A DNA stretch of 63,704 bases, counting the filler, from Octopus bimaculoides (taxonomy: Eukaryota): the NCBI RefSeq assembly GCF_001194135.2. It is 7 parts of 7 records of this genome, joined end to end, with 100 filler letters (N's around TTAATTAATTAA, not from the genome) between each part and the next. Parts side by side here need not be neighbours in the genome. Positions count along the whole stretch, not along the records: positions 33,579 to 48,792 come from NC_069010.1; positions 48,893 to 58,472 come from NC_068989.1; 5 more parts are not named here. One strand, written 5' to 3'. This document shows, one piece after another, positions 38,348 to 50,840 of the stretch (position 1 is the first letter of the stretch; the number at the start of each line of letters is the position of its first letter). The notes under the pieces were generated by a model. It saw nothing but the letters and a program-made list of their open reading frames with translations. It did not search any database and was not told where the DNA came from. The position numbers were made by a program, and so were the translations under genes.

Positions 38348-39487
38348 CCCTTTCGTTACCATATTTCTGTTGAGATTCTCTGTGTTTCTTTCAATTAATT
38401 TTAAATATAACAAAGAATTTAGTAAAATAACTTAGTTATCATTAAGCTAGTGTTAGGAACATAAATTGTGACTAAGGTTTGGTGGAAGATTTTAATTCAA
38501 AACTTATGAAACCAAGACATTTGTACTACAGAACCAGAGGTGGTTTCAGCCAGGTTGGTATCAAAAGAATTATAAATATCATGGTGACTTTAACCCTTTT
38601 CTTAGCATATTTCTGTTGAGATGTTCTGTGTTTCTTTCAATTAATTTTAAATATAACAAAGAATTTAGTAAAATAACTTCCNNNNNNNNNNNNNNNNNNN
38701 NNNNNNNNNNNNNNNNNNNNNNNNNNNNNNNNNNNNNNNNNNNNNNNNNNNNNNNNNNNNNNNNNNNNNNNNNNNNNNNNNNNNNNNNNNNNNNNNNNNN
38801 NNNNNNNNNNNNNNNNNNNNNNNNNNNNNNNNNNNNNNNNNNNNNNNNNNNNNNNNNNNNNNNNNNNNNNNNNNNNNNNNNNNNNNNNNNNNNNNNNNNN
38901 NNNNNNNNNNNNNNNNNNNNNNNNNNNNNNNNNNNNNNNNNNNNNNNNNNNNNNNNNNNNNNNNNNNNNNNNNNNNNNNNNNNNNNNNNNNNNNNNNNNN
39001 NNNNNNNNNNNNNNNNNNNNNNNNNNCGTTACCATATTTCTGTTGAGATTCTCTGTGTTTCTTTCAATTAATTTTAAATATAACAAAGAATTTAGTAAAA
39101 TAACTTAGTTATCATTAAGCTAGTGTTAGGAACATAAATTGTGACTAAGGTTTGGTGGAAGATTTTAATTCAAAACTTATGAAACCAAGACATTTGTACT
39201 ACAGAACCAGAGGTGGTTTCAGCCAGGTTGGTATCAAAAGAATTATAAATATCATGGTGACTTTAACCCTTTTCTTAGCATATTTCTGTTGAGATGTTCT
39301 GTGTTTCTTTCAATTAATTTTAAATATAACAAAGAATTTAGTAAAATAACTTCCTTATCGTTAAGCTAATGTTAGGAACATAAATTGTGACTAAGGTTTG
39401 GCGGAAGATTTTAATTCGGAACTTATAAAAACAAGACATTTGTACTCAGAGCCAGAGCCGGTTTCAGCCGGGTTGGTAACGAAAGGG
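38348..39487. mobile_element. piggyBac-type MITE array (TTAA TSD, 13-bp TIR)
   Basis: TTAA-CCCTTTCGTTACC at 38344-38360 and GGTAACGAAAGGG-TTAA at 39475-39491; units repeat every ~250 bp. Confidence 0.88.
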
Positions 39488-39576
39488 TTAAGGAATCTTT
39501 AATGTTTTATCTTTTACTTTATGTTTCCATCATTTGACCATGTCGCTGGGGAGCAAGCTGCTCCCCACACAGCCAC

Positions 39577-39610
<34 letters not shown>

Positions 39611-39642
39611 CCTTATCATTATTATTATTATCATTATCATTA

Positions 39643-40085
39643 AGGTGGCAGGGTCGTTAAGACACTGGGCAATATGCATAGCAGCATTTTTCTCTGTTTT
39701 TATGTTCTGAGTTCAAATTCTGCCAAAGTTGACTTTGCCTTTCATCTTTCTGTGGGGGTCGATAAAATAAGTACCAGTGAAACACTGGAGGCGATGTAAA
39801 CGACTTAACTTCCTCCCTGAAGTTGCCGGCCTTGTGTCAAAATTCGAAATCTACATTTACCCACTCTAAGGCAGTGAGGTAGCAGAATCGGTAATATGTC
39901 GGAGGAAAATGCTTCGTGGTGTTTTGTCCATCTTCACGTTAAGAGTTCAAATTCTGCCGAGGTTGACTTTGTCTTTTATACTGTCGGGGTCAATTAAACA
40001 GGTACCAGTGGAGCACTGGGGGTCGATGTAATCAACTTAAAAACTTGTCTAAAATTGTTGGCTTTGTGTCAAAATTAGGAAACCA
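39643..40085 (+). mobile_element. Two diverged family-A SINEs in tandem
   Basis: Two GTTCAAATTCTGCC...GTACCAGTG bodies. Confidence 0.8.
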
Positions 40086-40139
40086 ATATTAAGATAAACT
40101 GATTACGTAGAAGTTTTCCTGTAAGCATTGTCTTGAAAA

Positions 40140-40850
40140 GTGTGTGTGTGTGTGTGTGTGTGTGGGAGAGAGAAAGTGCCAGTCTGTCCATATGTGGTGT
40201 GTGTGTGTGTGTGTGTGTGTCAGTCTGCTTGTTGGTGTGTTGTATATGTGCGTGTATAAGTCTGTGTGTACATGTGTGTTTGCCTGAGTTATGTGTGTAT
40301 GTGTGTGTGTCAGTCTGTCTATGTGTGGTGTATATGTATGTGTGTTAATCTTGTGTTGTGTGTGTGTGCGTGTTTGCCAGTCTGTCTGTGTTGTGTGTGT
40401 CAGTTCATCTGTGTGTGTTTGTGTGTGCGTGTGTGTGTGTGTGTGCCTGTGAGTTGTGTGTATGTGTGTGTCTCTCAGTCTGTGGTGTATATGTATGTGT
40501 TAGTTTGTCTTTGTGTTGTACGTCAGTCTGTGCATGTGTGTGTGTTTGCCTGTGAGTTTGTGTGTGTGTGTGTGTGTGTGTGCTTGCCAGTCTGTCTATG
40601 TGAGGTGTGTATGTGTGTGCTTGCTATGAGTTTGTGTCTGATTGTCATTGTCTACGAGTGTGTGTGTGTGTGTAAAAATCTATGTGTACAAGTGTGTGTG
40701 TTTGCCTGTGAGTCGTGCGTGAGTTTGCAAGTCTGTGTGTTGTCTGTGTCAGGCCATCTGTGTGCACAGTATCAGTGCATGTGTGTGTGTGTGTAGGTGT
40801 GTGAGTGTGTGTAGGTAGGTGTGTGAATGTGTGTGTGTGTGTGTACCCAC
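40140..40850. repeat. Degenerate (TG)n low-complexity array
   Basis: Direct reading; it explains the Cys/Val ORFs. Confidence 0.95.
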
Positions 40851-42099
40851 ATATTTATAAATAATCAATTTGTACCCAATTTCGTCCATGTCACAATAAA
40901 CCAGTCGAGAGCTCATAATATAGGACAAGCATTAAACCAGATTAGAAATTTCAAAGGCTTCCTAGAAGAGATATTGATCTATTTGAGATTTGTTGTAGAG
41001 GTGTGTAGCATGTGTGTGTGTGTGTATGTGTGTAGGGAGCGGTTTGGATTTGATATAAATCATTCTCTCAACCTTTTGTTCCTTCACAACTGTTTCTCTC
41101 TCTTTTTCTCTCTCTCTCTCTCTCTTTTAATTTGCCGTGTTTTCTTGTGACTTGCCTTTTAGTATCATAAAATTCTGTAGATAACTGAGAAATGAGCTCC
41201 CAACCACCACCACCACCCTCCCGCCAATCCTCCCAGACCTCAGGCGAGGTTGGGTGGCTGTCACAGCGAGTACCACTGGCTGTTCTGTTCTCGGGGATGG
41301 GGGAAACGCCTTTGCAATTATATCCTCAGGGCATGGCTGAGCATGACATTTGGTCCAGGGGTGCACAACCTGTTACTCCCTTATCTCCTCCCATCTTCTT
41401 CTTGTTTCCCACCCCATCCTTCCCCCCTTTCTTGTTTGCCTTCTCTTTGTTTCCTTGGTGAGGTAGTTCTGTCTTTTTTTCTTTTTTCTTCTTTTATCTC
41501 CATAATTTNNNNNNNNNNNNNNNNNNNNNNNNNNNNNNNNNNNNNNNNNNNNNNNNNNNNNNNNNNNNNNNNNNNNNNNNNNNNNNNNNNNNNNNNNNNN
41601 NNNNNNNNNNNNNNNNNNNNNNNNNNNNNNNNNNNNNNNNNNNNNNNNNNNNNNNNNNNNNNNNNNNNNNNNNNNNNNNNNNNNNNNNNNNNNNNNNNNN
41701 NNNNNNNNNNNNNNNNNNNNNNNNNNNNNNNNNNNNNNNNNNNNNNNNNNNNNNNNNNNNNNNNNNNNNNNNNNNNNNNNNNNNNNNNNNNNNNNNNNNN
41801 NNNNNNNNNNNNNNNNNNNNNNNNNNNNNNNNNNNNNNNNNNNNNNNNNNNNNNNNNNNNNNNNNNNNNNNNNNNNNNNNNNNNNNNNNNNNNNNNNNNN
41901 NNNNNNNNNNNNNNNNNNNNNNNNNNNNNNNNNNNNNNNNNNNNNNNNNNNNNNNNNNNNNNNNNNNNNNNNNNNNNNNNNNNNNNNNNNNNNNNNNNNN
42001 NNNNNNNNNNNNNNNNNNNNNNNNNNNNNNNNNNNNNNNNNNNNNGCGATTACATGTTTTTCTCATCATCAACACATTGTGGAGATATCATATGAACAT

Positions 42100-42470
42100 A
42101 TATATATATATGTGTGTTTGTGTGTCTGTGTTTGTCTCCCCAACATCGCTTGACAATCGATGCTGGTGTGTTTATGTCTCCGTAATTTAGCAGTTTGGCA
42201 AAAAGAGACTGATAGAATAAGTACTTGGCTTACAAAGAATAAGTCCTGGGGTCGATTAGCTCGACTAAAGGCGGTGCTCCAGCATGGCCACAGTCAAATG
42301 ACTGAAACAAGTAAAAGAGAGTAAAGAGTAGACTTTGTTGGAAACAGGTGGAGGTTGTTGACAGGGGGAGCATCCACTCGTAGAAAACCTGCCTCTGTAA
42401 ACTCCATCCAACTCATGCTAGCATGGAAAAGTGGATGTTAAAACAACAACGATGATGATGATGATGATGT
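42100..42470 (+). mobile_element. Family-B 3' half followed by a family-C tail
   Basis: B body ending GTAAAAGAGAGTAAAGAG, then GGAGCATCCACTCGTAGAAAAC...GATGATGATG. Confidence 0.8.
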
Positions 42471-42754
42471 ACTAACAGTACTAAAAATAAAAAAAAAACA
42501 CTACCATTGTTTCAGTTAATTTTGAAAATAATAAAAGAATTTTGTAAAATAAATTTCTGGTGTTAGGAACATGAATTAACAAACCGGAAGTTTGTGTCAT
42601 AGAAGAAGAGGCCAGCATGAAGTATGTTGGTATGAAATAGATTTTTTTAAAAACTGATCCAGTTGTTAAGCTGTATTTAGAAGTATTAATTTCCTCACAT
42701 GATTCACAAATGTTGTATTTCACTTAATTTTTTTCAGTGACTCGTACATATAGA

Positions 42755-43148
42755 TTACTCTTACTCTTTTACTTGTTTCAGTCATTTGACTGCGGCCATG
42801 CTGGAGCACCGCCTTTTTAGTCGAGCTAATCGACCCCAGGACTTATTCTTTGTAAGCCTAGTACTTATTCTATCGATCTCTTTTTGCTGAACCGCTAGTT
42901 TACGGGGCCGTAAACACACCAGCATCGGTTGTCAAGCGATGTTGGGGAGACAAACAGACACACAAACATATACACACACATACATATATACGACGGGCTT
43001 CTTTCAGTTTCCGTCTACCAAATCCACTCACAAGGCTTTGGTCGGCCCGAGGCTATAGTAGAAGACGCTTGCCCAAGGTGCCACGCAGTGGGACTGAACC
43101 CAGAACCATGTGGTTGGTAAGCAAGCTACTTACCACACAGCCACTCCT
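42755..43148 (-). mobile_element. Intact full-length family-B SINE
   Basis: Complete reverse-complement head (AGGAGTGGCTGTGTGGTAAG), CORE-like CCTTGGGCAAG and tail. Confidence 0.92.
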
Positions 43149-43197
43149 GATTATTAATGATGTTTTTTTTATCTTTTTTTGTCTTTCATTTGCACAG

Positions 43198-43281
43198 GTC
43201 TTTCTGTGACTGAGTTTTGTGATTCTACCTGCCGCTGGAAGCCCCAATTCTTTGCCAATCGTGCATGGTTTCTTAGCATTT
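43198..43281 (+). CDS. Candidate orphan coding exon (G)LSVTEFCDSTCRWKPQFFANRAWFLSI
   Basis: Strong pyrimidine tract plus cacAG and donor GTAAGT; 84 nt, phase 1-1; only one frame is stop-free. Host gene unknown. Confidence 0.45.
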
Positions 43282-43503
43282 GTAAGTAGTTTTTGAGACT
43301 TACAATCTAGAATTCAAAACAAACATCTATCATATGACATGTCATTTACAAAACCACTTTTTTTCTCTTTAATCTGTTGATACACGACCTGTCATATGAC
43401 ACAGAGCACTAGATAAAACATCAGACTGACTTGAAACACTGTGGCAATCTAAAGTTCATTATACTAAATAACACATATGAAAATTGATAACAAGATAGAA
43501 GAA

Positions 43504-44200
43504 CACAAGGTGCATTCCAGAAGTTTACAGACTTTTTCAGGATAAACATTTATTCATTTCAAAGAAGTACAAAGCTCTAATCTCCTTCAAAGTAAGATTC
43601 TCTGACATCAGTGCATTTTTGCAGTCCTCCAGCCCCTTTATGAAGGGGCCTCATGGAAGTCCTCCAAAGAGAATCTTTCCAAGACCTTTGTCAGAGGGTC
43701 CTTCATTTTTCTCCTACAGCTTTGGGAACAACCAAAAGGGCGCAAGGTCTGGTCTGTAGGGAGGCTGAGGAGCAGTTTTGATGCCCGTCTCTTATCAAGT
43801 AGTTGGTGATCAGGAGGGAATTGTGAACCGGTGCATTTGTCCTAATGCAGGTGCCACCGACGCAAGTGGAAGAGCTCTGGCCTCTCGAGATGAACTCTCC
43901 TCCTGGACTCTTTCAAAACCTCCAGAAATTTGTCTTTGTTGACCATCTGACCAGAGGGGACCCAATGGATGTAGCGGACGCCCTTGCTGTCAAAAAAGGG
44001 GAGTCACCATGAGCCTCCTGATAGACTTGCTTTGCTTGGCCTCTTGTGCCAGCACAAAACAGTTGGTTGGATCATACAAGTTAATCCAAGAGCAGTCTGG
44101 AGCATTTCATAAGATTCTGTAGCATTTTTTTCCCAAATTAATGCAAAATTCCAAATTGTCTTCACATCCTGACTGAATTCTGCATGCTAGGCAACTGTGA
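43504..44200 (-). mobile_element. Decayed mariner transposase 3' half with TIR remnant
   Basis: Minus-strand translation gives FFDSKGVRYIHWVP, PPYRPDLAP (YSPDLAP motif) and KCTDVRESYFEGD-stop (stop at 43577-43579), with frameshifts and stops. Confidence 0.88.
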
Positions 44201-44228
44201 CAAGCAGTGTTTAGTAGAGTGTCTTTAA

Positions 44229-44539
44229 CCCTTTCCGTTACTAACCCGGCCGTATTGTGAACGAGTACGATTCGTGAAGCTGAACCAATATTTAAATGTG
44301 AGAGACACTAGCAGTACACCCCCCCCCCACTAGTACGTGGAGAACTTTGAGACAAAAATTATGCAATAGAATTGATTAAGAACCCTTTCTTTAATTATGT
44401 TCCAAATATCACATTAATATGTTGATAAATAAAAAAGTTACAGGTGTTTAATGAGACTAGTCTAAATTCATGATTATTTTAGAATTTAATTGAAACTCAT
44501 GAGGGGTGTATTTTGGTCAGAAATATAGTAACGAAAGGG
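44229..44539. mobile_element. piggyBac-type MITE of the same family as 38348, inverted orientation, with replaced interior
   Basis: TTAA-CCCTTTCCGTTAC ... GTAACGAAAGGG-TTAA. Confidence 0.85.
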
Positions 44540-44694
44540 TTAAAGTGCTGTTACTGCCATTTGCTTTAATCTAGAACAACAAAACAGTTGTTAGATTATC
44601 GTATTGCATTGATACATACTAAAATTATTGTAAATCTAGGACAGTTATAACTGCTTTTCTTTAACAGTAGTCTAAAAGTTTCTGGAATGCACAT

Positions 44695-44963
44695 CGTTAT
44701 CGTCGTCGTCGTTTAACGTCCGCTTTCCATGCTAGCATGGGTTGGACGATTAGACTGAGGACTGGTGAAACCAGATGGCTACTCCAGGCTCCAATCTGAT
44801 TTGGCAGTGTTTCTACAGCTGGATGCCCTTCCTAACGCCAACCACTCAGAGAGTGTAGTGGGTGCTTTTACGTGTCACCCGCACGAAGGCCAGTCAGGCG
44901 GTACTGGCAATGGCCACGCTCATCTCGCTCGAGAAACCTCATGTGTCACCCGCACAAGAGCCA
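44695..44963 (-). mobile_element. Family-C retroposon
   Basis: Near-identical to 48530-48792. Confidence 0.9.
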
Positions 44964-45127
44964 GTCTTGTTTGTAAATGCTCTGTTGCATCACCACAAAG
45001 GCTTTTTTTTATAATCTATGACAGTCAATAGATAGCATTGTCCTGTGTGTGAAATGGAGCGCCGAATGACAAGTGCAGAACCAGATCAGGGCAAGGCCCA
45101 ACTGTTAAACAGTTATTCTGGTCTTTA

Positions 45128-45560
45128 TCTTTTAACTTTGTTTCAGCTATTGGACTGTGGCCATGCTGGGGCACTACCTCGAAGGTTTTCAGTTGAACAA
45201 ATCAACCGCAGTTTATCATTTATCTTTTACTTGTTGTGGCCATGCTGGGGCACCACCTTGAAGGATTTTAGTTGAACAGATCAACCCCAGTATATCTTTT
45301 ATCATGTTCTTTTACTTGTCACAGTCATTTGACTGGCCATGCTGGAGCACCGCCTTGAAGGGTTTTAGTCGAACAAATCAACCCTAGGACTTTTTTTTTT
45401 TTAAAGCCTAGTACTTGTTCCATTGGTTTCTTTTTTTGAACCACTAAGTTACAGGGATGCAAACACACCAACACTGGACTCATTTCCATTGGCTCTTTTT
45501 TACCACACCACTAGTTACAGGGATGTAAACACACCCGACACCAGTTATCAAATGATGCTG
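45128..45560 (-). mobile_element. Family-B SINE with a triplicated 3' module
   Basis: GGCCATGCTGG...TTGAAGG...GAACAAATCAACC occurs three times; CCACTA(A)GTTACAGGGATG occurs twice. Confidence 0.8.
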
Positions 45561-46629
45561 GTGAACAAACACACACATGTAATAATTAAACTGTATATGA
45601 TGCACATGATCCCTCGATCCATGGGATAATTGTTTTGCATAAAACCATTCTGTGGTGCCAAAAACATCAGGAACCACTATACTAGGCCTTCCCTTAACCT
45701 TCTCAGAGAGATATAGCACCAGTATCTATCCAAATAGAGATTGGACATGGTGTATAGAGGCTGTGTGGATTGTTGTGGATAGTAGTCATTAACCATTNNN
45801 NNNNNNNNNNNNNNNNNNNNNNNNNNNNNNNNNNNNNNNNNNNNNNNNNNNNNNNNNNNNNNNNNNNNNNNNNNNNNNNNNNNNNNNNNNNNNNNNNACA
45901 AACAATAAGGGTTGTTAGGCCAAGACGATAGAAAAATTATTATTATTATTTTTTTGAACGCTAGTAGGCATGAATGAGAGAAGAGACAGAAAAATCATGT
46001 ATTCTCTATAAGAAGCCAGTGGATAGAAAGAAAGAATCCCTTTCATTGCATGTCAGGAGGGAGAGAAAAACAGAAAGGATGAAGAACAAGAGAGATAGAC
46101 AGGGAAGTAGTAGAGTGCGCAAAGTAATTATTAAGATAAAACTTACTTGGAGAAAGATGCATGGTGTTCTATCATATAATAATATATGTACATACCTACA
46201 TCTATATGTATGCATATATGTGTACAGGACATCACAAAAAAACGTTAAATAGATAATTTTTTTTTTTTTTAATGCTAAACAAGGATATTCTTAGGACAAG
46301 TTGAAACGTCCACCCATCTATCATGATTATTTAAAGGGCATTTACCCACATTGAAACCTCTATCATCTCGCAATGCTATTGAACTAATTATAAATACCTT
46401 TATCCAGAAGATCATCTCTGCAGCAACAAGAACAAGCTTAAAAATGGGATTTTTATTTAAATCTGTTCTCAATAAGGATCTGATGCTGTGTTAGATTTAA
46501 ACATCTCATGTTTTACTGAACCTAGAAGTGGGAGACCCAGTAAACCAGTGGGTTAATGGCATGGTGAGGCAGAACAACAGCTAAGATGCGAGATTCTGTC
46601 CATGGTTCAATAATGCCCAATATTATCCA

Positions 46630-46885
46630 ATGTCCGCTTTCCATGCTAGCATGGGTTGGATGATTTGACTGAGGACTGGTGAAACCAGATGGCTACACCA
46701 GGCTCCAATCTGATTTGGCAGAGTTTCTACAGCTGGATGCCCTTCCTAACGCCAACCACTCCGAGAGTGTAGTGGGTGCTTTTACGTGTCACCCGCATGA
46801 AGGCCAGTCAGGCGGTACTGGCATCGGCCACGCTCAAAATGGTGTATTTTACGTGCCACCTTCACAGGAGCCAGTTCGGAGTTCC
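46630..46885 (-). mobile_element. Family-C retroposon running into a gap
   Basis: Same sequence as the other C copies. Confidence 0.9.
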
Positions 46886-48529
46886 NNNNNNNNNNNNNNN
46901 NNNNNNNNNNNNNNNNNNNNNNNNNNNNNNNNNNNNNNNNNNNNNNNNNNNNNNNNNNNNNNNNNNNNNNNNNNNNNNNNNNNNNNNNNNNNNNNNNNNN
47001 NNNNNNNNNNNNNNNNNNNNNNNNNNNNNNNNNNNNNNNNNNNNNNNNNNNNNNNNNNNNNNNNNNNNNNNNNNNNNNNNNNNNNNNNNNNNNNNNNNNN
47101 NNNNNNNNNNNNNNNNNNNNNNNNNNNNNNNNNNNNNNNNNNNNNNNNNNNNNNNNNNNNNNNNNNNNNNNNNNNNNNNNNNNNNNNNNNNNNNNNNNNN
47201 NNNNNNNNNNNNNNNNNNNNNNNNNNNNNNNNNNNNNNNNNNNNNNNNNNNNNNNNNNNNNNNNNNNNNNNNNNNNNNNNNNNNNNNNNNNNNNNNNNNN
47301 NNNNNNNNNNNNNNNNNNNNNNNNNNNNNNNNNNNNNNNNNNNNNNNNNNNNNNNNNNNNNNNNNNNNNNNNNNNNNNNNNNNNNNNNNNNNNNNNNNNN
47401 NNNNNNNNNNNNNNNNNNNNNNNNNNNNNNNNNNNNNNNNNNNNNNNNNNNNNNNNNAGAGAGAGTGAGAGGTTTGTTGTCATGTATATGTACATGCATA
47501 AATATGCATACATCTTTGTGTGTGTGTGTGCGTGTGTATGAGAGAGAGAGAGTAAATACTACATACACACCGCTCTCACTCTGTCTCACACACACACTCA
47601 CACGCACACATACATCCAAAAATGATGGATGCATATAACAACACACCCCTTGACTCACTCACACTCTGTCTGTTACAAACACACACATAAATGTATACAA
47701 ACATATTTACAAAGACACACGTGTGTATGCGCGCGCGCAATACCGGAAGTTGACATTGCATCACAAGTATGTAAGCCGTTGTTACGTCAAAACAGGTAGT
47801 TGACATTGAGGAACCGTTTTAAAGAAGTGAATCATAAATATAAAGCAATATTATTTATTATAAATTAAAAAAATCAAATAAAGAGCCTAAGATTTATCCG
47901 AGGTCAAATTATTCAGGCATCACAAGTATGAAAGTAAATAGTGAAGCCGTTTTCACGTGATAAGCGATTACACACACACATCTCTGTTTTATATATAGTA
48001 TAGATATATATATATGCATATGTGTTCATGTATATATATATATGCGTATGTATGCATATATGTATATATATGCATTTATATATACATATATGTACGTACA
48101 CATGTATGTATATATATCTATTTATATATATATCATACCTGCACCTGTATTTAATTACTGTTTTAGTGTTACTGATATAACCATTAGTGTTACTGATATA
48201 ACCACTGTTCTTTTTTTGCCATATGGTTGCGTAACGAACTTCAGCCATTTTCTACTTACCGACCCCTTTGATTGCTATTTTGTTCCACTGGACCCCCATA
48301 GCCATTCGATGTTTTAAAAGAATGCTATTATATTCTTTATAATTTGATATTATTGGGGACTGTTTAAAAAATGATTTAAAAAATATTTTATATTTTGTAG
48401 AAGTACAAGCAATTTATTGCACAAAAATTTTAACAGCAAAAACTTACGTGACTCCTGGTTGCGAACCAGTTGTAGATGATGGTGGTGGTGTCGATGGTGG
48501 TAGAGACGGTGATGCTGAGAGTGCTAGTT

Positions 48530-48792
48530 CATCATCATCATCATCATCATCGTTTAACGTCCGCTCTCCATGCTAGCATGGGTTGGACGATTTGACAGAG
48601 GACTGGTGAAACCAGATGGCTACACCAGGCTCCAATCTGATCTGGCAGAGTTTCTACAGCTGGATGCCCTTCCTAACGCCAACCACTCCGAGAGTGTAGT
48701 GGGTGCTTTTACGTGTCACCCGCACGAAGGCCAGTCAGGCGGTACTGGCAACGGCCATGCTCAAAATGGTGCATCCCATGTGCCACCCGCAC
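48530..48792 (-). mobile_element. Family-C retroposon running into a gap
   Basis: (CAT)n tail followed by the conserved body. Confidence 0.9.
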
Positions 48793-50238
48793 NNNNNNNN
48801 NNNNNNNNNNNNNNNNNNNNNNNNNNNNNNNNNNNNTTAATTAATTAANNNNNNNNNNNNNNNNNNNNNNNNNNNNNNNNNNNNNNNNNNNNGATGACAC
48901 CCTTTTTGTGTCGCCATTTATTGTGGACATCACAAACATAGAAGTATATACATATATAATACAAATAATATGTGAGTATATGCATATATACGTACATGTA
49001 TGTACATACCTACATCTACATGTATATATAGATGCATATCTGGGTACAGGATGTCACAAAAAACGTGGACAAAATGAAAAACAGAACATAAACAGGGCAC
49101 AGAAAACAAACAGGCCACATAGAGAATATTTCCTTCATCAGCTGCCCCTATTTTAAACTAAGCGTTTCGTAGAATTAGGGCAGGACGCGTGGTTAGAATA
49201 GTTCTTCTCGTGGAAACAAATTAAATTAAATTAAATTAAATTTGTAATGCGGAGCAATTATGTGGCAAACAGAAAACACGACAGGAAAACGAAACAATGA
49301 AAATAAACAAGAAGGACTGTAGGCCAGAGGTGAAAAAATATGTGTATATTGAACGCTGTGATGTGACGAACTGGAGAGAGAAGAAAGTTCGTGCTAGCTT
49401 GGCAGTGGCCAAGAGAAGAAAGGGAGTAGTAGCCGGTCACATGTGACCAGCGAGGGGTAAGGAGAGAGAGTGGTAGAGAGAGAAAAAAGGGGAGGAAATT
49501 GAACATAGGTGAGCAACGAAAGACAGGGAGGAAGAGAGAGAGAGAAATAGTAGTGAAGGGGAGAGGCGAAGAATAACAGAAAGAAGAACGAGAGTGGGAG
49601 AAAGATACAAAGATAGATAGAGTCGCGTCAGAAAGTTACCCTTCTGGGGAATTCATCGCTCTCTGTTGAGTTCCCCAGAAATGCAAGAGTGTAATGATCG
49701 CTTTTCATTAAACAAATTAATAAACTTTTGTCTCGATGTATTTACCACCTTATTTTGATTTTGGTTACCTCTCATTCCATTAGAATCTCTAAATACAATT
49801 ATATATATATATTATAAAGGTGATTTATTCTTCCAAGTAGAATACGAAATCCACGTCGGTTGGTCACCAATTTATAACGGTGGGTTGCCAATTTATAATG
49901 GTGTGTTACCAATCTATAACGGGTTTTGACTTGGAAGAGATAATAAATATAAATGTTTATTGAGTAGAAATCTATGGTGCTAAACCCGTCACTTATAACT
50001 TAATTATAGGTATTTATCACCATACATAAATCTAAACTCAAGCTGCGTAAACGCTGTGGTGAATTATACACCTCAAGACGCTTAACGTGTATGTATGTTG
50101 AAGATAATGAAGCTAACTCTTTCTCACCGCTATAATAACAGTTTCATAGTTGCAGAAATAAATTTCATCAACAGGTTGAAGAAAATGAAGAAAGAGGAAT
50201 TATTTACTAAATTAGTTTATTTACGTACATTTAATATT

Positions 50239-50840
50239 GGATCTTTTTTAAAACGGGGGCCACATTTTTCATTAACGAAACACTTTGAAACTTGGAACAC
50301 TGGTAGAATGTGTCATATAAAACATCTTTTTCTCTTAGTCTTCTTAAAAAAAAAAGAAATCCATAAATTATTCCATGTTAAAGTTGTCGTATTTCTGTAA
50401 TTTCAACCAATCACTGACGTCCATTCAGCCGATATACATTAAGTGCCGACTACATAAACAAACGATTCTGAGACAATTAACCCTAACCCTAACCCTAACT
50501 CTAACCCTAACCCTAACCCTAACCCTAGGGTTAGAGTTAGGGTTAGGGTTAGGCTTAGGGTTAGGGTTAAAGCAAATTTAAAATGAAAAAAGCAAATAAA
50601 ACGAAGAATCGTTTGTTTATGTAGTCGGCACTTAATGTATATCGGCTGAGTGGACGTCAGTGATTGGTTGAAATTATCGAAATAAGACAATTTTTTACAT
50701 GAAATAAATTCGAATACAAAAATATTTTTCTGTTCTATAACACAAAATAGATAAGTATACGAAGTTTGAAAGTCTTTCGGTACCAAAAACACTACTTAAA
50801 ACATTAATGAAAAATGTGGCCCCCGTTTTAAAAAAGATCC
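50239..50840. mobile_element. 602-bp MITE with perfect 37-bp TIRs, 8-bp TSD and central telomeric palindrome
   Basis: TIR GGATCTTTTTTAAAACGGGGGCCACATTTTTCATTAA at 50239-50275 and 50804-50840; TSD TTAATATT at 50231-50238 and 50841-50848. Confidence 0.93.
50478..50569. repeat. Head-to-head interstitial telomeric repeats (TAACCC)8-TA-(GGGTTA)7, with three variant units
   Basis: Direct reading; centre CCCTAGGG at 50523-50530. Confidence 0.97.

Noticed and set aside
46679-46885. Recurrent ORF MKPDGYTRLQSDLAEFLQLDALPNANHSESVVGAF (also 7166, 10873, 44765, 48570)
   Set aside because: It is the antisense reading of the family-C repeat; recurrence reflects young copies, not a gene family.
49130-49200. 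Minus-strand CTGATGA and GAAAC as a hammerhead (similar partial motifs near 16975 and 20010)
   Set aside because: The order and pairing of the stems do not form a hammerhead core.
50478-50569. Ancestral chromosome end-to-end fusion site
   Set aside because: The palindrome lies inside TIRs with a TSD and has a related partial copy at 15.4 kb, so a transposon origin is simpler.
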